From assembly GCA_051294375.1 (NCBI GenBank), contig JBJCIZ010000239.1, positions 3,196,964-3,260,963 of the forward strand: 64,000 nucleotides of DNA, in the 5' to 3' direction. Positions 50,317 through 63,967 of this stretch are shown here, piece after piece. Under the pieces are notes generated by a model, which worked only from the letters and a program-made list of their open reading frames with translations, made no database searches and was not told the origin of the DNA. The first letter of the stretch is position 1. The number at the start of each line of letters is the position of its first letter. The position numbers were made by a program, and so were the translations under genes. Origin of the DNA: Paraspadella gotoi. Taxonomy: Eukaryota; Animalia; Chaetognatha.

Positions 50317-50834
50317 GAGAGAGAGACGAGAGCGTTATTGCCGTGGCTGACGAGAACGCAAAAAAGGGGTTCTATCCCTTTCCTTCTCCAAACCAACTCA
50401 CGTTCGATGGCCTCAAATTCACACCGCAGCTCACTTTCACCTCACGAAACACCGAACCCCCCCATTGCCCACCGCAGTTTCTCACTCCCGTCCGCCCTCA
50501 AACCCAACAACCCCTTTTTTTTCCTCTTTTCTTAATATGCGTATGTATTACACTTTTGCGGTCACGTGATCGCCTAAGAAAGCGATCGAATGACCAGAAA
50601 TTTAATATGGCATGATTAATAAAGTACAGAGTTATTTTAGTTAATACTTGGCAGACTTTTAAGTTATTAATATCTGCTTCTTGTATATATGTTTTATACC
50701 TATATAGTCACATAATTATACCATCAGATATTTCGTGTATTATTTGGTTATTTCACTTGATAAACCAAAAGATATTTCCTATGCATATGTTTCATACTTA
50801 CATATATACTTAACGGAGTGGTCTTTTCATTCAA

Positions 50835-51030
50835 TTGAAACAGGTATTCTGGGAGTGAATAAACGAGACTGTGAGAGAGTCTCTATTGAAAGCTTGCAGG
50901 GACCTGCCATGTCATTATCTTGTAAGAGTGATGGAGGCCTTAAACCACCAAACCTTGTCCAAAGTCAGGGACAAGTTAGCTTATTGATTAAATGAATGGA
51001 TAATTTTTATATTGGTTGTACCAATTTCAT
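50835..51030 (+). repeat. Dispersed repeat ending in the attggttgtaccaatttcat tail
   Basis: Matches 12964-13145 (minus). The tail is shared with ~36506, ~39500 and 61533. Confidence 0.7.
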
Positions 51031-51781
51031 ATGTTGGACTCAAATTTTTTTAAGGATCCCTGGAACGTGATCATCTGAAAAATTAGTTTACGAAAGAAAG
51101 TCGCTTCGGTGCAACGAGTTGAACAACCGGTTCTTGTTTTATCTATACTAAAAGAAGATTAATTAAACTAATAAGATTGAGAAAGAAGTTTAAGCGGCGG
51201 GAGAGAAACTCGACTGCAAGGAGTCGAGTGCAATTTACTAAAGTCGATTTCGTAACAAAGAAGAGGATTAATGTGCAATACGCGATTAATGTGCGCATCG
51301 GTACATTTTTTGAGTTTATTCTTTATTTCTCTTTAGATTAGTTCCAAGTTCTTTAAGGAGGAAGTAAATATAAATACTAAATACTTAAAAACTTATGTTA
51401 TCGAAATCACGATACGAACTGATTATTCAATGAATGTTTAGAGAATGGTTGAGATAGTTTAAAACCCTTCTGAAAGTTTTATTCCAAACCCGCAACGTCG
51501 TTCACCGAATCACACCTGCCAGTGAGGATTCAAAACAAGATCTGAATACATGACGACGACGAAAACGACGACGACGACGACGACCGTCGAAGCCTCATTT
51601 TCCGCTTTTTGATTCCAATTCAGAACATAGCGCCGACAAAGCGCCACGCCTCCCAATATAAATAATGGCTCGACGGAGAGAGAGAGAGGGAGAGAGAGAG
51701 AGAGAGAGAGAAGGGGAGAAGAGAGAGATCCGAGAGAGAGGGAGACGCAGTTTAAAATCAGCGCCATCGCTGTGGATATAG

Positions 51782-51873
<92 letters not shown>

Positions 51874-52254
51874 CTCGCTCCCCTCCCCGACGCGGAAAAA
51901 ATAGAGGAAGATAGAGAAGGCAACGACCCGCCTGTGGGAGGCGCGGAAATAAATGAAGGAAATATTGGAGAATGGATGATTGGAGTTACTGAGGTAAAGG
52001 AGCAGAGGGAGGGGGAAGAGAGGAGGGGGGGAGAGGGGGTCCCGGGAGGAGAGGAGGGAGGGGTGGTGGCGCGTTTTAGGGTGGAGGAAGTAAAGGAGCG
52101 AGGGAGGAAAGGACGGATGGAACTGGTGAAAAATGGAGCGAGCAGAAGTGGAAATTGCGGAGATTAAAAAAAGGGGAATGTTAAGGAAAATATTCGGATG
52201 GAAATATAGAACAAGGGAGATGTTTAAAGATGAGAGGATTTAGGTTACCTATGC

Positions 52255-52324
52255 TGTACATTGTACATTGTACAGTGTACAGTGTACAGTGCACAGTGTA
52301 CAGTGTACATTGTACATTGTACAA
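52255..52324. repeat. 7-bp repeat with palindromic core (TGTACA[T/G]) x~10
   Basis: Read directly. Confidence 0.85.
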
Positions 52325-52439
52325 GGAACAGAGCAAGAAAATGACGGTTAAACATGAGATAATAAAAGTAAAAGAATAAGAAAAGCCGATATACAGAATG
52401 TATAGAAAGAGGGGGAAAAAGCAGGAAAGAGGGAGGATG

Positions 52440-52920
52440 AGGAGAGATAGGAGAAAAGAATAAAGGAAAAATAGGAGGAAAGAATAAAGGAGAAAAAGGA
52501 GGAAAGAATAAAGGAAAAATAGGAAAGAATAAAGGAAAAATACGTGGAAAGAATAAAGGAAAATAGGAGGAAAAAATAAAGGAAAAATAGGAGGAAAGAA
52601 AAAGAGAAATAGGAGGAAAGAACAAAGGAGAAATAGGAGGAAAGAATAAAAGAGAAATAGGAGGAAAGAATAAAGGAGAAATAGGAGGAAAGAATAAAGG
52701 AAAAATAGGAGGAAAGAATAAAGGAGAGATAAGAGGAAAGAATAAAGGAGATATAGGAGGAAAGAATAAAGGAGAAATAGGAGGAAATAATAAAGGAAAA
52801 ATAGGAGGAAAGAATAAAGGAGAAATAGGAGGAAAGAATAAAGGTGAAATAGGAGGAAAGAATAAGGGAGAAATAGGAGGAAAGAATAAAGGAGAAATAG
52901 GAAGAAAGAATAAAGGAGGA
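52440..52920 (+). repeat. 24-bp purine-rich minisatellite (aataaaggagaaataggaggaaag) x~20
   Basis: Read directly; it explains the FFPPISPL-repeat ORFs on the minus strand. Confidence 0.9.
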
Positions 52921-53609
52921 AGAGGAAGGGAAGAGGAGGAGGAAGGGATCTGTATAGACGGAGGTTTTTTTTTTATATTTTTTATAATTTTTAAAAACTG
53001 AACCGACGCGTAAATTACGTCGTTCATGGACGAGGATAACGAACGAGCCAGGGATATTTTTAAACCGAAGAATAAGGAGGCACAGGGGAAAAGAGGGGAA
53101 GAGGAAGGAGAGCGGGAAAAGGAGAAGCGGGGAAGGAGGAAGCTGGAAAGTATGGAAGTAGGGAAGCGGGGAAAGTAGGGAAGTAGGGAAGAAGGGAAGC
53201 GGAGAACGGATAAGCGGGGAAACAGGGAAATAGGGAAGCGGGAAAAGTATGGAAGTAGGGAATGGGGAAAGCGGGGAAGTAGGGAAGTTGGGAAGCAGAG
53301 AAATAGGGAAGCGGGGAAGTTGGAAGCTTTTGCATACCAAAATGACCGCTTCACTGCCTTGTGCTGCGGTTAAATCGGATCTAACCGTTGTAATCAATCC
53401 AAAATATCTTCGATATTCAAATCGTAGGCGCAATAATGATCTCAATAATATCCAGAAGCTTTTACTTTATAAAGAATAATTTTAATCATAGTTCTCCGTG
53501 AGCTTTTTGTTTAAAAACTATGAGCCGAAACAAAAGACATTTCCACGACCTAATTTCAGGACTTTCCCAATCTCCGCAAACACATTCTTTAAATCACCAA
53601 AACCGACCA

Positions 53610-53645
<36 letters not shown>

Positions 53646-55386
53646 TCTCTGTCTCTCTCTTGCCTTCTCGTGCAAGCCGCTCTCTCCCAATTCCCCGCGC
53701 CTCCATTATTCCAAGCGATTTGTCTTTTTAGTTGTTGCTTAGTATTCCGCGCGTTCTCTCTCCTATCTCTCTCCTCTCTCTTCTCTCTCTCCTCTCTCTT
53801 TCTCTCTCCGTCTCTCCTCTCTCTCTCTCTTCGTTATCTCATGAGTATAGACATATGGCGCTTTTATCAGTTATCTGTGTTCCTCTTGTTCTTTTCTTCT
53901 TTTTCTCCCTTTGTGGTGGTATCATTATATTCTTTCTTTTTCCAATCTCTTCGGTCGCTCTTCTTATTCTTTCTTAATTGTTGTTTTTTTTCTTTCTTCT
54001 CGCTTCCGTTCTCTTCTTCCGTCTATTCTCCTCCTCATTCCTCCCATTCTCTCCTCCTCTCCTCTTCACTGCTTTCCTTCTCTCTTTCTTCCTCTTCTTC
54101 TTTCTTCTTCTCCCCCTTTTTCTCCCCCACCAGGTTCCCGTCACTTGCACCTTCTTCCCTCTGCATTCTTCCCTCCTCTCTTTCCTCACGTTCTCGTCGT
54201 GATCCCCCACTTTCCCCCACAGAGGTCTCACTTGCATAACTTGTCCGGCCTTGTGGTCTCCTTCTCTCATGTTCCATTCTTTATCATAGTGTACACACTC
54301 TGTGACCTGATTGACACTTGCGCTTAATTTGCTCCACCTCCCACTTGCCCTCTACCATCCGAGTCTCGTTTCTTTCCATCCCTTCTCTCGGCTTCTACGT
54401 GAGCTTTCATTTTTCCCATACTTTCTCATGCACGATGATCCTTTCTCCTGCCCCCGACCCTCACCTTTTTTACTCACCTCGATTCTTCCAGATACGTTAG
54501 TCTCTACGTCATTCCACGTCGGGCTCAATCTCAACCGACCGCCCATCCCTCTCTCTCTGCTCTCTCTCTATCGCTGGTATTGCTCCGCAGCTCCCCCTCT
54601 TCTCTTCGGACCCCTTTTTCTTCCCGCCGCCACCGCCGTCCTCCGCACTCTCGCCGTCCTCGCGTCCCCACACTCCTCACCTTCTTCTTTTCTTCCCGTT
54701 TCTTTTGTGTTCTTTCCTTGGTTTCTACCCTCCTCTCTTTACTCTTTTGGCCCCATCTCCTTCCGACCTTTTTCCCCGCCTGCTTCCCGGCTCCCCCTCG
54801 CCCTCGCTTTCGTTCTCTTCTGTCTTCCGTCCGTCCCTCCTGTCTCCTGCCGGTTCCGCCGTCTTCCTTGTTAGTTTTCGTGTTCTTGCTTCTCTGGTAT
54901 TGTTTTCTGCGTCTCCTTCTTTGTCTTCCTCGCCTCCCTTCTCTTCCTCTTCCTTCTCCTTGTTATCCCTCGCGGTGGCTCTCGTTGTTTTTCTCGCTCG
55001 CGGCTTGCGTCCCTCGTCCCTTCTTCTCCCCTTCCGTCTCTCTTTTACCCGTTTTTACTCTCTCTCTCTTCTCTCTTCTCTCTCTTCTCTCTTCTCTCGT
55101 GTTCTCTCTTCTCTTCCTCTCTTCTCCAGGTGTCTGTAGATGTAGTATGGTATGTGATGAGAGTGTGTAGATAGAGAAATGTTGAAAAGGAGGTGGTGGA
55201 AAGGAAGAAAGAGTGAAGTAATGATGAGAAAATAGGAGAAGAAGTAGAAGAGAAGAAGAAGAAGAGAAGGAAAGAGACAGAGTATTGATGATGTAAAGTT
55301 TGTATTGGGTCAGAGATATTTTGTGAATTTATTATACTTAATTTATTAGTTGTAGGGGGAGGAGAGAGAGAGGAGAAGAGAGAGAG

Positions 55387-55450
<64 letters not shown>

Positions 55451-56879
55451 TGGTGTTAAAATAAAAATGAGATGGGCGAAAGAAGAAAACGAGATAGAGA
55501 GCGAGAGGAAACGAAAAGGAGAAGACGATCTCGGTTAAATGAGAAGGGATTTGCCGGAAAAGTCTCTATTTCCTCGAGACAAGGAGATTCGCCGGAAATT
55601 CGCCGGAAATTCGCCGGAAAGGCGGATTCCGTCTTCGTGCGAATCTTTGTCGTCATTTGTTCTCATTAGGGAGAAATCGGTTGAGGGAGAAATGAAACAA
55701 ACGACGACGACGATAAAGACGACAACGACGACGATAAAGACGACAACGACGACGACGCCGACAACGACGATAAAGACGACAACGACGTCGATGACGAAAA
55801 GTAAAACAAAGACAATGGCGCCGACAGAGATTAGTATTTCTTTGTTCATTTGTTTTTTATTCGATTTTCGCGCGCGCGTCTTTCGCAAATGTCATCTTCT
55901 CCTCCCATTTTTTAAAAATTCTCTTTGTTATTCTTATTCTTTTTAACTTCCTTCTTTTTCTTCTTTCAATGCATCTTCTTCTTATTCTCCTTCTTATTCT
56001 TCTTCCTCTTATTTCTTCTCTCTCCTTCTCCCCTATCTCCTTCTCTTCTTCTGCCCCCCCTCAAATTCTCCTTCTCACTCCTTCGTTTATCGAATTCATA
56101 CATATAAAACATTTCACGATATAACATAAAATCTTCCAAAATTCCAAATTTTCATGTTTTCCAAATTCGGAGGGGAACGAAAAAAAATCTTTCCAAACGA
56201 TTTCAACTTGTTTTTCTTCTGTTTTTTTTTTATTTCACATTATTTTTCAACCTTGTGTGTGAGCCGAGACAGTTCACTTTTCCAGGTGGCGGTGAACGAC
56301 GACGACGACGACGACGACAATGACGACGACGACGAAGGTGCGATCAAAAGGGAGAACCGGCTTCTGGCAAACGAAATTTCGTGTTTGCGATCTGCGTCCG
56401 AAATGTTGGGGACTTGCCCTCACTTGCCCTGCGTCACCCCGCCCCGCCGTCCGCCCGCCCCAGGCGCCCCCTAGGAGGCGCGATCTTTTTTTCCCGCCGT
56501 GGACAACGCAAAGCGGTCATTCTCAACGGTTGTTCACTCGCACGTCCGGAGAAAGGTGCACAGTAGGAGCCTCGGTTCCGCGCTGCGGAGGGATGGTAAG
56601 TTCAGGAGGTAAGGTAAGCGAAGGATTCGCGGGGAGATTTGAACTTGAAGGCGGCGTCGGTGCATGGGCCTTCATTAACGAGAAATATGGGCGTGAGGGC
56701 ATAGTGAGGGGTAGGTCAGAGTGTAATGAGGAGATTTTTCGAAGGTAAGTTATGAGAAAAGCCGCGGGATTTTCCAAAAGAGGTGAGATCGAGTGATTGA
56801 TCTATATGACGTCGAAAACCGTTTGCTGACGTCAGGTGCCGGTAAACGATAGGGAGAGAGAGAGAGAGAGAGAGAGAGA

Positions 56880-56923
<44 letters not shown>

Positions 56924-57126
56924 AGAAACAGGTGACGAGCCCGACGGAGCGGGCCCGGGCGGCCGAGGGCGGGGTCGAGGCTAGCCGTTCTCGGCTGCGG
57001 ATGTTAACGCAGGGAAATCATGAGGATTCATTGATGCGACAAGAGAGAGAATGACAACAGGTGCTCGGGGGGGGGGGAGCGGAGAGGAGGAGGAAGGAGG
57101 GAAGGATGAGCCGATATTTGTTTAAC

Positions 57127-59100
57127 TTTTTTTTTTATCGAGCCTTGACCGGCCGAAGCCGGTCAGGGCTCTATAATAATTTTGCCTGTGCTTCTTTGTG
57201 ACGTAGTCGTCGTCGTCGTTTCGTCGTTCGTCGTCGGCGTCACGCTGTTTATTAAAAAAACTACTTAAGCTTTTATAGGTTTGCGTGTGACTTACGTTTT
57301 TTGTAAATAAAAATTATTATGAATTATGATTAAAGTTTTACAAAGTGGTGCAATCATAGTAAAGTTAAAATTAGATATTGGATTCTCAATCTTGAAATAG
57401 CTGTCTTAGATATGGTTTCTTATAATTTGGTTTATGTATTTGTTTTGATTTGAATTTACCACTTCATTATGGCAATATCCAAAGTGAGTATACGTACGTA
57501 TTGAAACGATTCCTATATAGTAAAGAGCAGTAGCAACATGGACTGAATCCATAAGTTATAAAGACTATCTTTTAGCATATGATATATAATTATTTCGAGG
57601 ATGAAATTCAAAAAATTTTTTTTAAATCTATAGGATAAAAAATGGGGAACTCAAAATCAACTTTTTAATGAAAGCTATATTCTGTAATTTTAATACAAAT
57701 AAAAATAAAATCTTTTACAAGCTGCGATTGGAAAAAATTTGAAAATTTTCCAATTGTAAAAAAATTAACATATTTTCTGCCTTTCTTTATATTTCTTTTA
57801 AATTATAGCGTATTATTATGAAGTTTATTGATCTTTTTAGAAACTTGTTTTCTGGCTTATTAGTGTAACTTATGTTTTTATTGATTTTATCTGTGTAGTT
57901 AGTTTTACTAGTTTTCAGTCTTGTTGAACGTTCTTGTAACGTACTACTTTTATCTTAGTTTCTTTGAGCACTGTCATAACATTTATTTATGATTTTAGTT
58001 AGTCTTTTTTTGTTTTTATGAATTCATATGTGTTAGTTTTCCTGTGTTAAATTTAGGTTTGTATATCAAACAATAGTCAGCTTACAAAGTTATGATTATG
58101 TCAATACTGTTTGGATTAAAAAAAAAAAATTTTTACTGCTTTCTAGTTTTTTTTTACACTGATAGACTGTGTTTTGACTTTGTCAATACTGTTTATTGGT
58201 ATTAATAAAAAAAAAAAAAAAAAAAAATTTTTAGAAAAAAAAAAAAAAACAAAAAAAAAAATTTTAGAAAATTTATTTAGAAAAAACGAGTTCAGTCTCT
58301 GCAGTGACTCTTACAGCGACCTACCAGCAGCTGTTCCAGCTTTGTTTCTCTGTGTCTCTTCTCTGTGTCTCTTTCTGTGACTCTCTCTGTGACTCTCTCT
58401 GTGACTCTCTCTGTCTCTCTTCCTCTTCTCTGTGTACCGATTTCTTGCGTGATCGTTTCGTTTTTTGAAAAATTCTGATTATTTTTTTTCCTTCTAAAAA
58501 CTTTTATTATCACCAATTATCCCAAATTACATCTCGAGATTTCGTGGATATTTTAGAAAAAAGTGAAGAATAACTCATACGTCAGAAATTTTACGCTTCT
58601 TCTGCCATCTCTCTCCGTCTCTTAACATGATTGTTATTAAAGAAAAAAAATATAATAAGCAAATAGCATATTTTAATAAGATTTACATTGCCAGAGGAAA
58701 TCTTTTCATAGTCTGTCCAATGTTGTTGATCGAAAAACCTTTAAATTTTTTTCACAATTTGAATATGCCGGATTGTATGCTATATGCCGATCATTTTTTT
58801 ACTTGCCTATTTTTGCCGGTTTATGGTTTAACTACCAAACAATGTATCTAGGTTATCAAGTTCCATTAGTGAGGCAGTGGATGAGTTGAAATGTGTGTCC
58901 CCATTTTCTTTGTTTCATATCGATTCAAGTATTTTTGTTTGAATTTCAACTTCATTATAATTTACTGCAATATGGCTAATTAGATATTATAGTACTTAGC
59001 TGAATATCAAATTAGTATTATAGTAAACTATATTTTAATTTGGCGACGGTAAAACGAGTTCCGCCTATGCAGCGTCTGTCAGCTTCTTTCTCTCTCTCTC

Positions 59101-59145
<45 letters not shown>

Positions 59146-59227
59146 TTCTCTTCTTTACGATCTCTTGCGTGGTCGTTCGTTGGCGGGAAAACTGTCCAGT
59201 CTCTCTCTCTCTCTTCTCTCTCTCTCT

Positions 59228-59266
<39 letters not shown>

Positions 59267-59841
59267 CTTCTCTCTCTCTTTCACTTCATACACGCATTTG
59301 TTGTTTTATTTACGATGAATGATTCATCGCGTCAATGAATTACTATCATCGCATCAATGAATGACTGTCATCGTATCAATGAATGATTATCATCATATCA
59401 ATGAATGACTATCATCGCATCAATCATTTGATTATCATCACATCAGTCATTTTGTTATCATCGCATCAATTATTGGTTATCATCGCGTCAATATTTTGTT
59501 ATCATCGCATCAATATTTGGTTATCATCGCATCAATATTTGGTTACCATCGNNNNNNNNNNNNNNNNNNNNNNNNNNNNNNNNNNNNNNNNNNNNNNNNN
59601 NNNNNNNNNNNNNNNNNNNNNNNNNNNNNNNNNNNNNNNNNNNNNNNNNNNNNNNNNNNNNNNNNNNNNNNNNNNNNNNNNNNNNNNNNNNNNNNNNNNN
59701 NNNNNNNNNNNNNNNNNNNNNNNNNNNNNNNNNNNNNNNNNNNNNNNNNNNNNNNNNNNNNNNNNNNNNNNNNNNNNNNNNNNNNNNNNNNNNNNNNNNN
59801 NNNNNNNNNNTCGCAAGATAAGAGAGAGAGAGAGAGAGAGT

Positions 59842-59885
<44 letters not shown>

Positions 59886-59898
59886 GGGGTTGGGAGAT

Positions 59899-59943
<45 letters not shown>

Positions 59944-60079
59944 GTTGGGAGGTGGATGGTCGCAGAGAGGAGAGAGAGAGAGAGAGAAGAGAAGAGAGAG
60001 AGAGAGAGAGAGAGGGGGGGTTGGGAGATTGGGATGGGTCGCAGATAGAGAGAGAGAGAGAGAGAGGGGGTTGGGAGAT

Positions 60080-60118
<39 letters not shown>

Positions 60119-60193
60119 ATAGAATAAGAGGGATTCGTACTCTGGTCGTGTCTTGAAGGATGGGGGGCTCGGCAAGGCGAGAGAGAGAGAGAG

Positions 60194-60284
<91 letters not shown>

Positions 60285-61076
60285 GTGGTAGTGACTCCAT
60301 AAGGTCATCCTCCAGGGATAAAAAACGGAGCCAAAGGGTCTGCCGTGTTTGCAAAGGAAAATAAGGTTGTACGAATGTAAAACAAATGAAAAATTAAGTT
60401 TGATCTCAGCTATTCCGATTGATTCCAAACCGAGAAAAACGGAAAAGGAAAAAAATGATATCAATTTGCGATTGTGTTCTTTTTTTTTTTTAAATACGAA
60501 TTATATGCGGATTCAATAAAAACCGGACGAAAGGGGAAAAAAAAAACATGGATATTTTAGGTGTTTAAAACGTTTATAAATATGGCTCTGTTTTGTTGGG
60601 TAAAAAATATTACACTAATGTATAACAACTATAAACAACAATAAAATCTATTACAAATCTGTTACAAAACTTGAAAGACGAACTGACTTTCACTGACTTT
60701 CTCTATTTTTTAATTTTTTCATTTTTACGAATTTTGCATGTAAGGGTACCAAAAGACAGTTAGATTAGCCGAGCTAAAATTCAGTAAAGGATAAGGTGAA
60801 ACAATCTTCACTGCACATGAAACAAGAAATGAGTTGACTTTATTCGTTAAATGTAGCGACGACGCGATGTAATATTGTTTACTATACGTAGTATATTTGA
60901 TAACGTTGGCTTTGAATTTATCATTCTATACAAAATTAAAAAGGCGTTGGGATCAGGCGAATCGATAAAAAGTAATAAAACTGGTAACGAACGACTTTGC
61001 CGTGTGCTCGTGTAAGCCCGCCTCTCTGCTCTTCTCCAAAGCGGCTCGATCCTTTATGCTTTTAAGATTTTTTTTT
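57127..61076 (+). mobile_element. HINE copy 2 (interrupted by a gap; may be composite)
   Basis: T-run, then ATCGAGCCTTGACCGGC-CGAA-GCCGGTCAGGGCTC (14-bp stem including one G-T pair), then (GTC)n. The first ~650 bp are colinear with 23350-23950 and internal modules are shared. The 3' end GGCTCGAT...gcttttaagatttttt lies at 61043-61076. Confidence 0.7.
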
Positions 61077-61318
61077 AAGTTTCAACGTCGGATGAAAGCC
61101 ATATTTGGACCTTATTTTTCCAGGACGCCCCATTTTATCTTAAATTCAAATTTAGTTATATTTTTTTAAGTTAAAGATTTGGTTAGAGATTAAGGTTAGG
61201 GACTTAGTTTGTGATCAGGGTTAGGGATTAGGGCTAGAGATCGTTTTATAGGTTTAAAAATATATTTAGGTTTAATGTTATGACAATCCTTTCATTTCGT
61301 TGCGTTTAATGATTAGCG

Positions 61319-61549
61319 AAAACGAAGTTTAGATTGTTTATTGTGTTCAACAACGATTTTATTATTAGAAAAACAGACATGATTCGACTCACATTCACAT
61401 TTACTTTTGCACAATTTTCACTAGTTCTGTCAAAAACCTAAAAACGCTGATGAAGACTCGAATGTGAGTCGAAACATGTCTGTTTTCTAATAATAAAATC
61501 GTTGTTGAACAATCTAAACTTCGTTTTGTTTCGGTTGTACCAATTTCAT
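61319..61549 (+). mobile_element. Penelope-like element / retrozyme remnant with an inverted partial repeat
   Basis: 61319-61396 is the reverse complement of 61460-61527. It contains a hammerhead, AATAAA and the shared tail ggttgtaccaatttcat. Confidence 0.55.
61441..61486 (+). ncRNA. Minimal type I hammerhead ribozyme
   Basis: Stem I aaaacg/tgtttt; core CTGATGA (61447-61453) plus an extra A; stem II gactc-gaatgt-gagtc; GAAA (61471-61474); palindromic mini stem III ACATGT; GUC cleavage triplet ending at 61480. Confidence 0.8.
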
Positions 61550-61664
61550 AGTAAATTTAAAATAGGAAAACGAAACACAATAGCGGTCGAGTTAATAATA
61601 TAATATATTCTAAAAAAATAATAATTTTTACTTTTTTTTTTGGTATGGTCTAAACTATGTCTAG

Positions 61665-62274
61665 TAAGGCGTAGTAAAATTCCTAAATTTAACTTTAATT
61701 AAAATTCTAAAAGTGAAGAACGAACAACATTATACTAATGAACATTTATGTAATAAAAAAATTTATAATAAATTTTACAATTTACGCAGTAGGCCATATT
61801 TATACTAGTACTAAACCAATAAATGTTAAAATTTCCAAACAGTTTTTTCTAAAATTTTTTTGTAGATTTGGATTCGTCATAAAAAGTTGATGACAAGAAA
61901 TATAACTTTTTTTGAAAAATTCCTTCATTAAGTAGGACAAATATTTAAAAAAGCTATATTTTAAGCTGAAAATTAATTTTTATATATTAAATATAGTTTT
62001 TTTAATTTTAACCCACTTAATGAAATAATCTTTAAAAATGATTTATATTTTCTTTTATCAACTTTTGACGAATATATCAAATCTGCAATCAAAATTAAGA
62101 AAAGCTTATTTTGAAATTTTTCGATTTTATAAGGATAGTACTATATATAAATATAGCCTACTGCGAAAATTAAAAAATATAAAATTAATTTTTTTTACAA
62201 ATTAATGTTCATTGATGGTATGTTGTTCATAATTGACTTTTAGAATTTTCGTATGTAACTTTCACTACGCCTTA
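61665..62274. mobile_element. hAT-type MITE, copy 2 (610 bp)
   Basis: TIRs TAAGGCGTAGT/ACTACGCCTTA with a perfect 8-bp TSD ATGTCTAG (61657-61664 and 62275-62282); an 8-bp TSD is typical of hAT. Confidence 0.9.
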
Positions 62275-62343
62275 ATGTCTAGTACGTTTTCTTGTCACCA
62301 GCAACTTTCGTCACTTGCATACCCAAATCTATAATGACGATCT

Positions 62344-62416
62344 CGTGACCATCCACCGATCGATCACGTGACTCTTATAGATCTATCACGTGACCATCCA
62401 TCGATCGATCACGCGA
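62344..62416. promoter_or_regulatory. E-box cluster within a duplicated palindromic unit
   Basis: TCACGTGA at 62364 and 62386; cgtgaccatcca(c/t)cgatcgatcacg occurs twice; a GC-rich tract follows. Confidence 0.3.
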
Positions 62417-63166
62417 CGAGAAGACCAAACGAAGCTTAGGATCTCTCGAGTCGGGAATCGAACGGTCGGGTGGGGGCGGTAGGGGGCGGGAAAAAAAAAA
62501 AAAAAAATAGCCGAAAGAAAAATCTCTCTCGATTTTCGCTAGGGCGGCGCGGCGTGAGGGAAGGGATGGGAGTGGAGGGAGGAAGGAACGTGGAGGAGGA
62601 AGAGAGGGAGTCGGAAGGAAAGTGGAGGGGGAGAGTAAGGGAAGAGAAAGGGGAGGAGAAAGGGAGGAAAGGGAGGGTAAGGGAGGGAGTTGGAGGGGAG
62701 GAGAAAGGAGAGGGAAAAGGGGCGGAGGGGAGGAAGGAAGAGAAAAGGAAAGGAAGGAAGGAAGGCCGGGAAGTGGGAGGGAGGGAAAGGGGGAGGAGGG
62801 AGGAAGGAAGGGAAGGAGGAAGGAGGAGTGGGGGATGGAAAGGGGGAGGGGAGGGTAGCCAGATTAGGAACCATTGAGGAAGACCCGAAGAGAAAGAATC
62901 TGAAATTATCTGAAAGACTCATTTTGCTATCATTGAAAATCACAAAATTTATATACGTTTCGAATCAATTGACAACGGGGGTAATTAATTGTTACGTACT
63001 AATTAATGTTCACCAGGGGGAACGAAATTACCATTTAGGGTAGAAAACAAAGTCTTTTTCTATCTGCTTGGATAATATTAGGAACCAAGCAAATAAAAAT
63101 TTCCAAACGACCCCATCAATTCATGTTTTTTTTCCGAGAATCGACGAAATTTCACGCGGCTTTACT

Positions 63167-63200
<34 letters not shown>

Positions 63201-63347
63201 NNNNNNNNNNNNNNNNNNNNNNNNNNNNNNNNNNNNNNNCGACGCGTCCCTTTCCCTTCCTACCGTTTCATCGCCAATTATCTCGCTCTCATTAGCGGGA
63301 CACACACTCTCTTCTCTCTCTCTCTCTCTCATCTTTCTCATCTCTCT

Positions 63348-63383
<36 letters not shown>

Positions 63384-63484
63384 ACGATATATACCGCACA
63401 TTACGCGACCTTAGATCGCACATTATACGACTTCCAATTTTCTTTTGAGTCATCGTCTCTCTCCACCGAAAATATTTCTTCCGA

Positions 63485-63872
63485 AAAATTGGCCGTATTT
63501 TCCCAGAACGCCCCATTTCATGCTAGATTTGGAAGTAAGTTAATTTTTAAAAAATAAAAATTAAGTATAAGGTCAGGGTTATAGATTATCTCAGGGGTTA
63601 AGTTAGCGATTAAATATAGAGATTAAGTTAGTGATTAGGGTTAACGGTTTAAATTATTGGGTTAGGGTTAGAAATAAGTGAGAAAAAATTTATGGTTGGA
63701 ATTCAGGATTAGCTTAGGGTTTAAGATTAATGTTAGAGATTAGAATAAAGGATTAAGTCACAAGTTTACAAACGTATTTAAATTAAATATTACGATTACA
63801 ATTTTAATTCCTGAATTAAAGGAAACAAAAAATGGGGGCCGCTCTGGAAAAAGAGAGCCCAGAAATTTTCCA
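63485..63872. mobile_element. MITE-like element filled with degenerate TTAGGG hexamers
   Basis: Imperfect inverted ends tttcccagaacgccccattt / aaatgggggccgctctggaaaa around ggttag-like repeats. A related left end plus hexamers lies at 61110-61280. Confidence 0.5.
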
Positions 63873-63967
63873 GCTTTTTTTTTTTTTTTCGGTCGGTGTC
63901 TCCCGTCGCGTCTTTGCTGCAATAAACGGGGGAAACGTTTTTTTCTCACGTGGAAAATTCGTCAGTT

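Noticed and set aside
52245-53445. 365-369 aa minus-strand ORFs
   Set aside because: Products of a 24-bp minisatellite and G/A-rich repeats.
53730-55330. Overlapping Ser/Leu/Pro/Phe ORFs
   Set aside because: Irregular pyrimidine-rich sequence resembling a low-quality read; no domain or splice structure.
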